From Mobula hypostoma (lineage: Eukaryota): a stretch of 64,000 nt of DNA. A model generated the notes under the pieces. That model worked only from the letters and a program-made list of their open reading frames with translations. It made no database searches and was not told the DNA's origin. Both the position numbers and the translations under genes were made by a program. This document shows, in pieces, positions 29,779 through 41,721 of the stretch (positions are counted from its first letter, which is position 1; the number at the start of each line of letters is the position of its first letter). Where the stretch lies: the NCBI RefSeq assembly GCF_963921235.1, contig NC_086097.1, forward strand, positions 73,658,001 to 73,722,000, written 5' to 3'.

Positions 29779-31779
29779 TGCAATGTTGGCATTCATTTCA
29801 AGATGAATATAAAAACATAGATAGGATGTTGAGACTTTATAAGGCCTCACGTGAAGTATTGTAAACAGTTTCGGGCCCCTTAGAAAGGAAGTGCTGAAAC
29901 TGGAGAGGGCTCAAAGGAGGTTCACAAAAATGATTCCAAGTTTGTACGTCTTGTCATATAAAGAGTGTTTGATGACTCTGGGCCTGTATTCACTGGAATT
30001 CAAAAGAATGAGGGGTGACCTCATTGAAAACTATCGAATGGTGAAAGGCCTTTATGGAGTGGATGTTTCATATGGTGGGAAAGTCTTAGACCAGAACACA
30101 GCCTCAGAATAGAGGAGTGTCGTTTTAAAATGGAGATGAGGAGGAATTTCTTTAGCTAGGGAGTGGTGAACCTATGGAATTTGTTGCCACAGGCATCTGT
30201 CTAGGCCAAGTCTTTATTTATATTTAAGGCAGAGGTTGATAAATTCTTTATTGGTCAGGGCATGAAGGGATATAGGAAGAAGGCAGGAGATTGGGGTCTA
30301 CTGAAATGGCAGAGGAGACTCAATGGGCCAGATGGACCACTTCTGCTCCTATGTCTTATGGTCTTATGTTACCCTTAGTCTGTCTGTCAATATAACTTTT
30401 TCTGTTATTTCCCATTCAGCCATACCCAACTCACTCCTTGTTCCTGCATGTTTTTGTTAGGGCCCTGGTTTCAGGTTGAAGAGGTTCAAACTCAATGTAA
30501 AATTCTATCACGTTATGATCACACTTCTCTAAAGACCATTTACAAAAAGGTTATTAAATAATCTGTCCTTGCAGAATACCGAATCTAAAATCCCTAGCTA
30601 GTTCCTCAACATAGTGACTTTTCGTTTAGATTCCATGAATTTATCCTCCAATTTTTGCTGCTATCTTGTCCAGCCTATATTTAGATTGAACTACCCTGTG
30701 ATTACTGTATTTCCTTGGGAATATACATTTTATTTTCCTAATTCCTGCTGTACTACTTGGTGGCCTCTAAACATTTATTTTTCATCAAACTTAGTTTCAT
30801 CCAACTGATCCCATCTCTGCATCCTGATCTGCTGAGCCAATTGTATTTCTCACTACTGTGCTGCACTTATCAACAGTGTAAGCCCACATTGTTTTCCTTC
30901 TCAAATGTGTAAAATCTTTGAGCATTCATCTACCAGTGCTAGTCACCCTTATCCTCGTTTACCTTCGCTTGTGTTAGTTAGCTGCATATGTTGTTTGGGT
31001 GTTGCTTGCATTTAGAATTTTTCCATACTTTAAACACACTTGCTGCTTACTTTTACGTCATGATTTCATGACTTGGATGCAGTCCTTTGGGATATTTGAT
31101 GATCTCGCATTGTAGTCAAAGTCAGTGAGCCCATCACAGAATCCATCCGTCCATCGACAACACCTACCACTGCATCCACACAATGGCTTCATGCACAATG
31201 CCTTCAATTAACAGCCATCCCCATAATCATTCATGGCCTTACCACAAACACTACATGCCACACCTTACACATAGGTTTAAGACTTTAGAGGGAATCTGCA
31301 AAGGAACGTAACAAAGCAGGGGTGGAAACTAGAAAAAGTAATATGTGATGTAAATCAGCAGGGGAAAATCCTGTGAGGGTAAATTAGTCCTTCCTGTTTA
31401 CGTTATCTTGGCATTTCATCGTGTATGTACCTCAATGGAGTCATAAGGACGAAAGAAGAGAGCAGGAGTAGGCCAATCAAGCTGGGAAGATACCCATGCA
31501 TTCACAGAGAGAACTCCATGCAGACAGCAATCACAGTCAGCATTTTACCTCAGTTCATTTGTGACCTATAAACTGCATCAGTGTGCTTCTTCTGCCATTA
31601 AAATCATTACTGCTCTACTCTTGGCCTCAAAGCCACATTTCCTTTTCCCTTTCCACATCCCTTTATCCCCATGCAATTCAAATGGTGTTAATATATTCAT
31701 TCAGCACCACAGCTCTCCAAGTATTCAAAACCATTTGAATGCATCATTGATGGACTCTTTGTTATTCTGAATAAGCACA

Positions 31780-32050
31780 GAGGTGCCACTGGAAGAACTG
31801 CTGCCTCACAGCGAAAGAGACTTGGGTTCAATCCTGACCTCAAATGCTGTCTGGATGGAGTTTGCCCATTCTCACTGTCATGTCATGGGTTTGCTACCCT
31901 ATCGGAAAAACATCTGCTTTGGTGGGTTAATTGACCATGGTAAACTGTGGATAAATGGTAGAATCTGGGGAGAATTGAAAAGAACGTATGGAGAGAATAA
32001 ATAGAAAATGTGATTGGTTTAAATGGGCAACCAACAGTTGGATATAAATA
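31780..32050 (+). mobile_element. Old HE1-like SINE
   Basis: ctgctgcctcacagc...gggttcaatcctgacc...ggagtttgcccattctc. Confidence 0.6.
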
Positions 32051-32859
32051 TCCTCTGCAGCTTTTCTCAAAAAGCACAACTTTCCTGTAATCTGTTAGCA
32101 AATTGCATGCAGTACTCAAGCTGTGGACAAATTAATGTCATGTACCATTCTAGTGTAAACTTTTCTTTTGCATTCTTTGCCTCAGCTAATAAAGAGAAGA
32201 ATTCAATGTGTTCTTCAACTCACTTTATTAACTTGTCTTGATACTTTCAGTAATTTAATTTGCAGAGACACCAAGATCTCTCTGGCCTCGCACCATCTCT
32301 ACTTGTTGCACTTTTGACTTCCCTGTGCCATCCTTTTGGCATGTCTCCTGGCATTGAGGTCTTTGAGCATGCAGGATTTCTCCCAGGTCTCCATCCTTTG
32401 CACTAATGTCTTCAATTTAAGAACTAGTAATGAGGAAGCCTTCTTAAAAAGACAACTTGCCAATGCTGTAGTGGGGGTTCCTAAAGATGCATATTTCAAG
32501 CACTGTTTGGAACCCACAAGGACTTCCTTCTCCAATTAATGCTTGGGTTGTGGCAATCATAAAATTAGTCTCTGCCATTGTGCATTCATCTGAAAAACAT
32601 CTCTGACCACACTGTTAAAACACCACAGTAATTGTATTAGGTGCAAGCCTGAATTTCAGGTGAGGTAACACTAGGTTAAATCACTTTTGGTACTTCACTC
32701 CTTGCAGTTCCTAGACATACTTCCCCTTTTTACTAAATTACTCAGCCTCATCTTTTCCTTGTTGTTTTGTCCCTCAGTTAGCCATACTGACTATTGATAT
32801 CATCCCAAAGCTTAATGCTCGCCTATGACAGATGTTCCGACAGTAGTCCTGCATCATAT

Positions 32860-33802
32860 TCCTTCCCCCACCTCCAACGGGATCCCACCACTAAGCACAT
32901 CTTTCCCTCCCCCTCCCACTTTCCGCAGGGATTGCTCCCTATGCGACTCCCTTACTCCCTTGCCCATTCGTCCCCACCGATCTCCCTCCTGGCACTTATC
33001 CTTGTAGCTGGAACAAGTGCTACACATGCCCTTACACTTCCTCCCTTACCACCATTCAGGGCCCGAGACAGTCCTTCCAGATGAGGCGACACTTCACCTG
33101 TGAGTCGGCTGGGGTGATATACTGCGTCCGGTGCTCCTGGTGTGGCCTTCTATATATGGATGAGACCCGACGCAGACTGGGAGATCGTTTCGCTGAACAT
33201 CTACGCTCTGTCCGGCAGAGAAAGCAGGATCTCCCAGTGGCCACACATTTTAATTCCACATCCCATTCCCATTCTGATATGTCTATCCACGGCCTCCTCT
33301 ACTGTAAAGATGAAGCCACACTCAGGTTGGAGGAACAACACCTTATATTCCGAATGGGTAGCCTCCAACCTGATGGCATGAACATCGACTTCTCAAACTT
33401 CCACTAATGCCCTACCTCCCCCTCGTACCTCATCCATTATTTATTTATATACACACATTCTTTTTCTCTCTCCCCTTTTTCTCCCTCTGTCACTATACCC
33501 CTTGCCCATCCTCTGGGCTTTTCCCCCCAATTCCCCTTTTCTTTCTCCCTGGGCCTCCTGTCCCATGATCCTGTCATATCCCTTTTGCCAATCAACTGTC
33601 CAGCTCTTGGCTCCATCCCTCCCCCTCCTGTCTTCTCCTATCATTTCGGATCTCCCCCTCCCCTTCCCACTTTCAAATCTCATACTAGCTCTTCTTTCAT
33701 TTAGTCCTGACGAAGGGCCTCGGCCCGAAACGTCGACTGTACCTCTTCCTAGAGATGCTGCCTGGCCTGCTGTGTTCACCAGCAACTTTTATGTGTGTTG
33801 CT
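32860..33802 (+). mobile_element. Penelope-like element, 5'-truncated: GIY-YIG endonuclease plus terminal repeat
   Basis: ORF 33081-33407 (GVIYCVRCSWCGLLY.DETRRRLGDRFAEHL...HFN...LQPDGMN), pyrimidine-rich tail, hammerhead motif. Confidence 0.88.
33703..33738 (+). ncRNA. Minimal type-I hammerhead ribozyme in a Penelope-like terminal repeat (intact core)
   Basis: AGTC-CTGACGA-A-GGGC CTCG GCCC-GAAA-C-GTC-GACT: stem I AGTC/GACT, 4-bp stem II, GUC cleavage triplet ending at 33734. Confidence 0.8.
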
Positions 33803-33954
33803 TCATATTCCTTTCTTCTTCACATCAGCTGCCTCTTTTCTCCTCCTGAGGAAAGATCAAAGTTGGTCCTCCCCACCTTTGCATACTGATGGTCCAACTC
33901 CAAGTGATAGTGTCATGCTGCTTCCTGGCATCACTTTAAAATTCTTACCCTTAC

Positions 33955-34255
33955 TTAGCACCATGATTGATATAATGCTTTATAGCACCAGCGACAGGGT
34001 CGATTCCTGCTACTGTCTGTAAGGAGTTTGTATGTTCTTCTCATGACCATAAGAATTTCTTGTGGATGCTCTGGTTTCCTCCCATATTCCAAAGGTGTAT
34101 GGGTTAGGGATAGCAAGTTGTAGTCGTGCTGTGTTAGTGTCAGAAGCATGGTGACATTTGCGAGCTGGCCCCAACACATTCTTGGACTGTGTTGGATATT
34201 GATACAAAAGATGTATCTCACTGTGTGATTTGATGTGCATGTGATAAATAAAACT
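33955..34255 (+). mobile_element. HE1-like SINE
   Basis: gggtcgattcc B-box, tctggtttcctcccatattccaaag core, gtgataaataaa tail. Confidence 0.65.
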
Positions 34256-34545
34256 TACCTTAAAATTTCTTTTTCTTTTAGATTCTTCCATGGTTTTATT
34301 TCCCCACCCATCATTATAATCATTTCTGGCCCTTAAATCCTTCATAGTGTCTGCCCTTTGAGTTTTGATCTCTTGTTCTCCCCTAAAATTAACCACTCCA
34401 CACTGGCAGCCAGGTAATTATCTAAACTACACTTCTTTCCCTAAATCTCTGGATTCCCTCCTCTTTTTCTATTTGACAAATTGCATCTTTCAATCACTTG
34501 CCCTTATTTTGCTTGATGTCAAATTCAGAAGTTTTGCTGCATTAA

Positions 34546-36930
34546 CGAGGAACCAACTAGAGAGCAGGCTATTCTAGACTGGGTATTGAGCAATGAGGAA
34601 GGGTTAATTAGCAATCTTGTCGTGAGAGGCCCCTTGGGTAAGAGTGACCATAATATGGTGGAATTCTTCATTAAGATGGAGAGTGACATAGTTAATTCAG
34701 AAACAAAGGTTCTGAACTTAAAGAAGGGTAACTTTGAAGGTCTGAGACGTGAATTAGCTAAGATAGACTGGCAAATGACACTTAAAGGGTTGACGGTGGA
34801 TATGCAATGGCAAGCACTTAAAGATCGCATGGATGAACTACAACAATTGTTCATCCCATTTTGGCAAAAGAATAAATCAAGGAAGGTAGTGCACCCGTGG
34901 CTGACAAGGGAAATTAGGGATTGTATCAATTTCAAAGAAGAAACATACAAATTAGCCAGAAAAAGTGGCTCACCTGAGGACTGGGTGAAATTCAGAGTCC
35001 AGCAGAGGAGGACAAAGGGCTTAATTAGGAAGGGGAAAAAAGATTATGAGAGAAAACTGGCAGGGAACATAAAAACTGACGGTAAAAGCTTTTATAGATA
35101 TGTGAAAAGAAAAAGATTGGTTAAGAGAAATGTAGGTCCCCTACAGACAGAGACAGGTGAATTGATTATGGGAAGCAAGGACATGGCTGACCAATTGAAT
35201 AACTACTTTGGTTCTGTCTTCACTAAGGAGGACATAAATAATCTTGTGGAAATAGTAGGAGACAGTGGGTCCAGTGAGATGGAGGAACTGAGCGAAATAC
35301 TTGTTAGTAGGGAAGTGGTGTTAGGTAAATTGAAGGGATTAAAGGCAGATAAATCCCCAGGGCCAGATGGTCTGCATCCCAGAGTGCTTAACGAAGTAGC
35401 CCAAGAAATAGTGGATGCATTAGTGATAATTTTTCAAAACTCTTTAGATTCTGGACTAGTTCCTGAGGATTGGAGGGTGGCTAATGTAACCCCACTTTTT
35501 AAAAAAGGAGGGAGAGAGAAAGCAGGGAATTATAGACCGGTTAGCCTGACATCGGTGGTGGGGAAAATGCTAGAGTCAGTTATCAAAGATGTGATAACAG
35601 CACACTTGGAAAGCGGTGAAATCATCGTTCAAAGTCAGCATGGATTTGTGAAAGGAAAATCATGTCTGACGAATCTTGTAGAATTTTTTGAGGATGTAAC
35701 TAGTAGAGTGGATAGGGGAGAACCAGTGGATGTGGTATATTTGGATTTTCAAAAGGTTTTTGACAAGGTCCCTCACAGGAGATTAGTGTGCAAACTTAAA
35801 GCACACGGTATTGGGGGTATGGTATTAATGTGGATAGAGAATTGGTTGGCAGACAGGAAGCAAAGAGTGGGAATAAACGGGACCTTTTCAGAATGGCAGG
35901 CGGTGACTAGTGGGATACCGCAAGGCTCAGTGCTGGGACCCCAGTTGTTTACAATATATGTTAATGACTTAGATGAGGGAATTAAATGCAGCATCTGCAA
36001 ATTTGCAGATGACACGAAGCTGGGCGGCAGTGTTAGCTGTGAGGAGGATGCTAAGAGGATGCAGGGTGACTTGGATAGGTTAGGTGAGTGGGCAAATTCA
36101 TGGCAGATGCAATTTAATGTGGATAAATGTGAGGTTATCCAATTTGGTGGCAAAAACAGGAAAACAGATTATTATCTGAATGGTGGCCGATTAGGAAAAG
36201 GGGAGGTGCAACGAGACCTGGGTGTCATTATACACCAGTCATTGAAAGTGGGCATGCAGGTACAGCAGGCAGTGAAAAAGGCGAATGGTATGCTGGCATT
36301 CATAGCAAGAGGATTGGAGTACAGGAGCAGGGAGGTACTACTGCAGTTGTACAAGGCCTTGGTGAGACCACACATGGAGTTTTGTGTGCAGTTTTAGTCC
36401 CCTAATCTGAGGAAAGACATCCTTGCCATAGAGGGAGTACAAAGAAGGTTCACCAGATTGATTCCTGGGATGGCGGGACTTTCATATGATGAAAGACTGG
36501 ATCAACTAGGCTTATACTCGTTGGAATTTAGAAGATTGAGGGGGGATCTTATTGAAACGTATAAAATCCTAAAGGGATTGGACAGGCTAGATGCAGGAAG
36601 ATTGTTCATGATGTTGGGGAAGTCCAGAACGAGGGGTCACAGTTTGAGGATAAAGGGGAAGCCTTTTAGGACCGAGATGAGGAAAAACTTCTTCACACAG
36701 AGAGTGGTGAATCTGTGGAATTCTCTGCCACAGGAAACAGTTGAGGCCAGTTCATTGGCTATATTTAAGAGGGAGTTAGATATGGCCCTTGTAGCTAAAG
36801 GGATCAGGGGTTAGGAAGGGAAGGCTGGTGCAGGGTTCTAAGTTGGATGGTCAGCCATGATCATACTGAATGGCGGTGCAGGCTCGAAGGGCTGAATGGC
36901 CTACTCCTGCACCTATTTTCTATGTTTCTA
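34546..36930 (+). mobile_element. Young 5'-truncated CR1 LINE; ORF2 RT intact except one nonsense codon
   Basis: 603-aa ORF (GNYRPVSLTS, VYLDFQK, GIPQGSVLGP, KFADD), TAG at 36395-36397, frame continues to ~36814; CR1 3' UTR; short ATTAA repeat at both ends. Confidence 0.95.
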
Positions 36931-37199
36931 TTAAAGTGCTATGTTTTTGTATGAATTGAAATCCTAAAATAAAAATTTAAAGATGTTTGTAGGTGAATAC
37001 TATTAGTGAGTTCAGGTCAAATTATTTGTCTTTGTTAAATAAGGCAGGCAATTCCAATGTTGATACAGTAAGGAAACCCCAGACATAAAAAAATAAATTC
37101 TATCAGTATATTTGTAGGTTCACAGTAAACTCTGTGGTTAAGTAGAGCTTTGTTCCGGCTGGGATTAAGTCTTTGAAGTTGACTGTTGAAGTGGTCCCG

Positions 37200-37461
37200 T
37201 TAGTCGGGACCTTTACCATCCATCATACATTCTATCATATATTTTGCACAACCTTTGCCTGGGTTTGTAACCTTTAGAAGATCAGCAAATTCACTGGGTC
37301 CTAAGTAAACAGATAGAAGAGAGAGGGAAAAAACAGAACCCACCTAGAAAAATAGCACTACAATGAACCCATAACAAAAACATGAGAAGATCTCTTCCAT
37401 CAGTCATGTTGATCTGTAGCTTGGAAAAGTTGATGAACTAGGTCTGAGTCAATCCCAAAAG
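37200..37461 (-). pseudogene. Frameshifted paralogue of the 72-aa membrane protein exon
   Basis: Acceptor tttctctttcttttttcag|; ccaagctacagatcaacATG vs ccaagcttcagaccaacATG in the intact gene; peptide pieces MTDGRDLLMFLLW / FIVVLF / FLGGF / LGPSEFADLLKVTNPGKGCAKYM lie in shifting frames. Confidence 0.7.
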
Positions 37462-38149
37462 CTGAAAAAAGAAAGAGAAAATTAAAAGGATTGCTTTAAC
37501 TATTTAGAATTGTGTGCACATAAGTGGGTGTATAATGTTCAGACTATAACGATTTAATAGGGGTGCATTGTACCAAATACTATCATTTACCTTTCCACCA
37601 GCTTCCATTGTTACCTATTTTGCATTTGTTCCTCCTGGGCTTTTAGAATGAGAGTAAAGATAAAATAGTACAGCTACTGGAAATACTCACAGAAAGTCAG
37701 GCAGCATCCATGGAGAAAGAAGAGCATCAATATTTCAAGTCGGTGACTTTCCATCAAAATGACTGTATTCACGAACCTTGGGGTGGGTTCTCAGTGGCTC
37801 TCCTTTCAGGTGTAAAAACAGAATCATGAAGCAATCTTTTGGGCAGCAGAGTTGGAACTGAGCTGGAGTTAGGGGTAGAAGTGGAAATGTGGAGTTAACT
37901 TGGATTTCAGACGAGTTGGAAGCAACAGAACAACTATAAAAACCTTACACGGGAGGGGGCAGTGCCGGGGCATTACCATGCTTTTGAATTTACCATTTTC
38001 TACTCAGCTGAGAATATATAATGAATGAGTTGTGACTGAAAATACAGGTTGGAGCGAAATATTGCCTCAGAAACGCTTAGTATCGTGGCACTGTGTTCAA
38101 TGGTCTCATTATTATGCATTATTGAAGTAATTTTAAAACAAATACCTGA

Positions 38150-38565
38150 ATGATTGAATAGGTTAAGACTTTTTTCCTTGGAATGTAGAAGATTGAGAGG
38201 AGATTTGACAGAATTATGAGAGGTATAGGTAGGGTAAAAGCAAACAGGCTTTTTCCACTGAGATTGGGTGGGACTATAACTAGAGATCATGGCTAAGTGT
38301 GAAAGCTGAAAAATTTAGGGGGAACATGAGGGCGAACTTTTTCATTCAGAGGTCATGAGAGTGTGGAATGAGGTGCCAGCACAGGTGGTGCATGTGAGCT
38401 CGATTTGAACATTTAAAGAGAAGATTTGATAGGTACATGGATTATAGGGCATGGAGGGCAATGGTGCCAGTGCAGGTCGATAGGAGTAGGCAGCTTAAAT
38501 GATTCAGCAAGAACTAGATGGGTCGAAGGGCCTGTTTCTGTGCTGTACTTTTTTTGACTCTGTGA
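38150..38565 (+). mobile_element. CR1 3' fragment
   Basis: tccttggaatgtagaagattgagaggag...gggcctgtttctgtgctgta. Confidence 0.75.
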
Positions 38566-39184
38566 CACTGAATGGTTCCCCCTTTGTTTAAAAAAGTATA
38601 AGATTTTAAGTTTGCACTAAAAACATTCAGCTTTTTCACTGGATAGCAGAACATGAGGGGGACATCCAAGGGAGTACTCAGTCATAGGTTGTCAGTGAAG
38701 GACCAATTCAAGAAGCCTAGAATTTTTGTTTAATGCTGATACCATGGTGAATTCAAATCCATACAATTTCCAGCATTCTGGGACTCCAACTCTACTTCCT
38801 TTTCTTTGAAAAATATAAGCCAATCAGACCCTTTCAATTTCAGGCTTCTTGGCATTAACAACTGCTGCAATATTTGATTCAAAGCAACAAGTTGTGCTCT
38901 GTAAAGGCAGTTAGCGTTTGCTGTCCAATGCATGCTATTAACTTTGAACCATCTGCAATTAGCTGAAGGCCCAGTAGGCTGGGATGGTTTTGAAGCTATA
39001 CCTCACTTTGTATTTTTGCTTCTGGCACTTGGATTTTCATATGTCATTGGTACTAAATTTCTTTATTCTTCCCACCAGTGTGAATGCCCTATAAGATGCC
39101 TTCAAATCCCACTGATAAAAGAAGCTTCTTCTTTACTCTCCTTTTGCAGTGTAGATATCTGGACGAAGGTTTTTGCAATCGACA

Positions 39185-39290
39185 AGTTCTGGTGAAGGGT
39201 CTCAGCCCAAGATGTTGACTGTTTATTTATTTCCATAGATGCTGCCTGACCTGCTGAGTTCCTCCAGCATTGTGTGTGTGTTGTTCTGGA
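39185..39290 (+). mobile_element. Solo Penelope-like terminal repeat fragment
   Basis: gatgctgcctgacctgctgagttcctccagcatt...; decayed hammerhead. Confidence 0.7.
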
Positions 39291-39859
39291 AGGAATTTGG
39301 GGAAAAAAACTTCTGAATATTACCATGAAGATATGGGAATGGTTAACTGACCAATGTCATGACCCTTTCAGAAACATACTCTCCATGTATTGCACAGAGG
39401 ATTCATAAGTAAATCAGAACTATCTTCTGTGGGTGAACTAAGTTAGGATTGAGGCTAAGTTGTCTGTGCCAAATTGTTCAGTCTCTTCTGCCTGCACACG
39501 GTCCGTATCCATCCATTTCCAGCATTCTGATGTACCTCTCTAAAAGCCTTAAAATGCCCCATAGAAACTGCCATCACTAAATTCCGTGTTCCCATCACTC
39601 TCTTTGTGAAATGACCTGCTTTGGACATCTTTAAACTTCTCTCCTCTCAGCTAAAATGCATGTCTTGAAGTATTTGACATTTCAGTCCGAGGAATCAGAT
39701 TCTGAATGGGTCCCCGCAAAATCTTTCAGAGTCTTCCCCAAACAGAAGCCCTGGTTGAACCAAGAGATCCATGATGTGCTGAGGGCCAGATCAGTGGTGT
39801 AAATGTAAGATACAAGAGGTCAGGTATGACCTCCATAAAGCCATGTCATCTCACATTTG

Positions 39860-40570
39860 AAGATCCCTTTATGGTCCCCTTAAACATTTTCACCTTTCAG
39901 CCTTAACCCATGACCTCTGGTTGTAGTCCCACCAAACCTCAGTGGAAAAAGCCTGCTTGCATTTACCCTGTTTACACCCCTCATAATTTTGTATACCTCG
40001 ATCATATCTCCTCTTAATCTTCAAGGTTCCAAGGAATAAAGTCCTAAGCTATTCAATCTTTCATTATAACTTAGGTCCTCCAGACCTGACAACATCCTTG
40101 TAAATTTTCTCTGTACTCTTTCATCTTTATTTACTTCTTTCCTATAGCTAGGTGAACAGAATTGCACACAGGACTCCAAATTTGGCCACACTGACATCTT
40201 ATACAACTTCAACATAATATCCCCTCTCCTGTACTCAATACTTTTGATTTATGAAAGCCAATGTGCCAAAAGCTTTCTTTACGACCCTATCTACCTGGGC
40301 CACTACTTCCAATGAGTTATGGACCTGTATCCCCATATCTCTTTGTTCGACCGCACTCATCACTGCCCTACTGTTCACTGTGTAAGACCTACCCTGGTTG
40401 GTCCTACCGAAGTGCAAAACCCTACACTTGTCTGCATTAAATTCCAGCTGCCACTATTCATCCCATTTTTCCAGCTGGTCCAGATCGCACTGCGAGCTCT
40501 GATAGTCTTCCTCATTGATCACTACACCCCCAATCCTGGTGCCATCTGCAAATTTGGTGATCCAGTTAAT
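39860..40570 (-). mobile_element. CR1 ORF2 3' fragment
   Basis: MHFGRTNQGR, LKLYK..V.PNLESCVQF, VQRKFTRML. Confidence 0.82.
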
Positions 40571-41721
40571 TTTCATGGATTCCATTGTCCTTGTGTGTAT
40601 TTATTGTGAATGCCTGCAGGAAAATGAATGTCAGTGTAGTATGTGATCACATATATGTACCTTACTTTGAATTTTGAACTTTGAAATTTAGAGAGTTCCT
40701 CCCAGCTATTATCATTTTTAGATCATATATTATTTATGACTTTGAATTTTTTGAACTTTGACAGTATAAGGTCCTGTTTGATTCAATGGTGAGTAAATTT
40801 TACACAGTTTTACACTGTTTATATTTATTTTAGACACCTACAGTCATTGCTGCATAATGCCTAACAGGTGTATGTAACAAGTTTAGGGTGTGAGTTTCCA
40901 ATCAACAACTTAACACTACTTACATGTTCGAGTCTTGCCTTGCAGTCAGACCTTGAAATTCTTGCTCTCAATGATATGTGCCTTCCTTTCCGGGACCTTT
41001 AATAAGGATAGCTTTTTGTAATGCCATCATTAAGATTAGTGTCAACAACCTGAGATAAATGCAAATTAAAAGATGACATGAATAAAGTGAAGAACAATAA
41101 ATGCTTAGCCTACTCTAAACTGTGGCTGTGTGATTTTCAAACACTGTTATCCCGCATTCAACTATTCATCACAATGTGTTACCTGAACAGTCAGCCGGGA
41201 GCAGTAGAATGACATAGACAAAATGCAATTGCACATGGCAAGAAAATCCCTGGCCTTGTAATATTCCCTAGAGGCCATGATGAATCAGAGATAAACTCAC
41301 ATTACTGTCACAAATTTTTATTTGTCATACTCCCTCCATGCTATTGCTGAATAATTTCACCACACTTGACAATCTGCTGTCAATTATTTTGGATTGATGA
41401 GTCGTTGCACGAAGTAATACCTCCTAACATCTTATGAAAGGATGTTGACCTCAGATATTAACTTCACAGATGCAGCCTGATCTGCATATTTATTGTATTT
41501 TTTTGTCTTACCTCCTAACATGCGGTTCTGTATGTGGCTGCCATTTTTTGATGCCTTTACAACTCCTTAACCTTTCTTAGAACACAGAACAGTATAGTGT
41601 AGGAACAGGTTTGTTGCCCCATTAGGTTGGTACTGATCATGATACTAATCTAAACTGACTCCCATCATTCTGCGAAATGGTCTGTATTCTTCTATTCCTT
41701 GCTTGTTCAAGTCTGTCTAAA

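Larger units (their letters stand above)
27050..30370 (+). mobile_element. Decayed CR1 LINE (ORF1 zinc finger/esterase and ORF2 RT), internally deleted, with two nested insertions
   Basis: CTVCGIWEV..ICTRC.ELQ.LRER...LELQL; VCCLPG; VDVVYLDFQKAF; LERAQRRFTKMIP; CR1 tail. Confidence 0.85.

Noticed and set aside
32146..32589. 444-nt AG/GT-bounded candidate exon on the minus strand
   Set aside because: Seven in-frame stops in 148 codons is near random expectation, and I recognise no homology.
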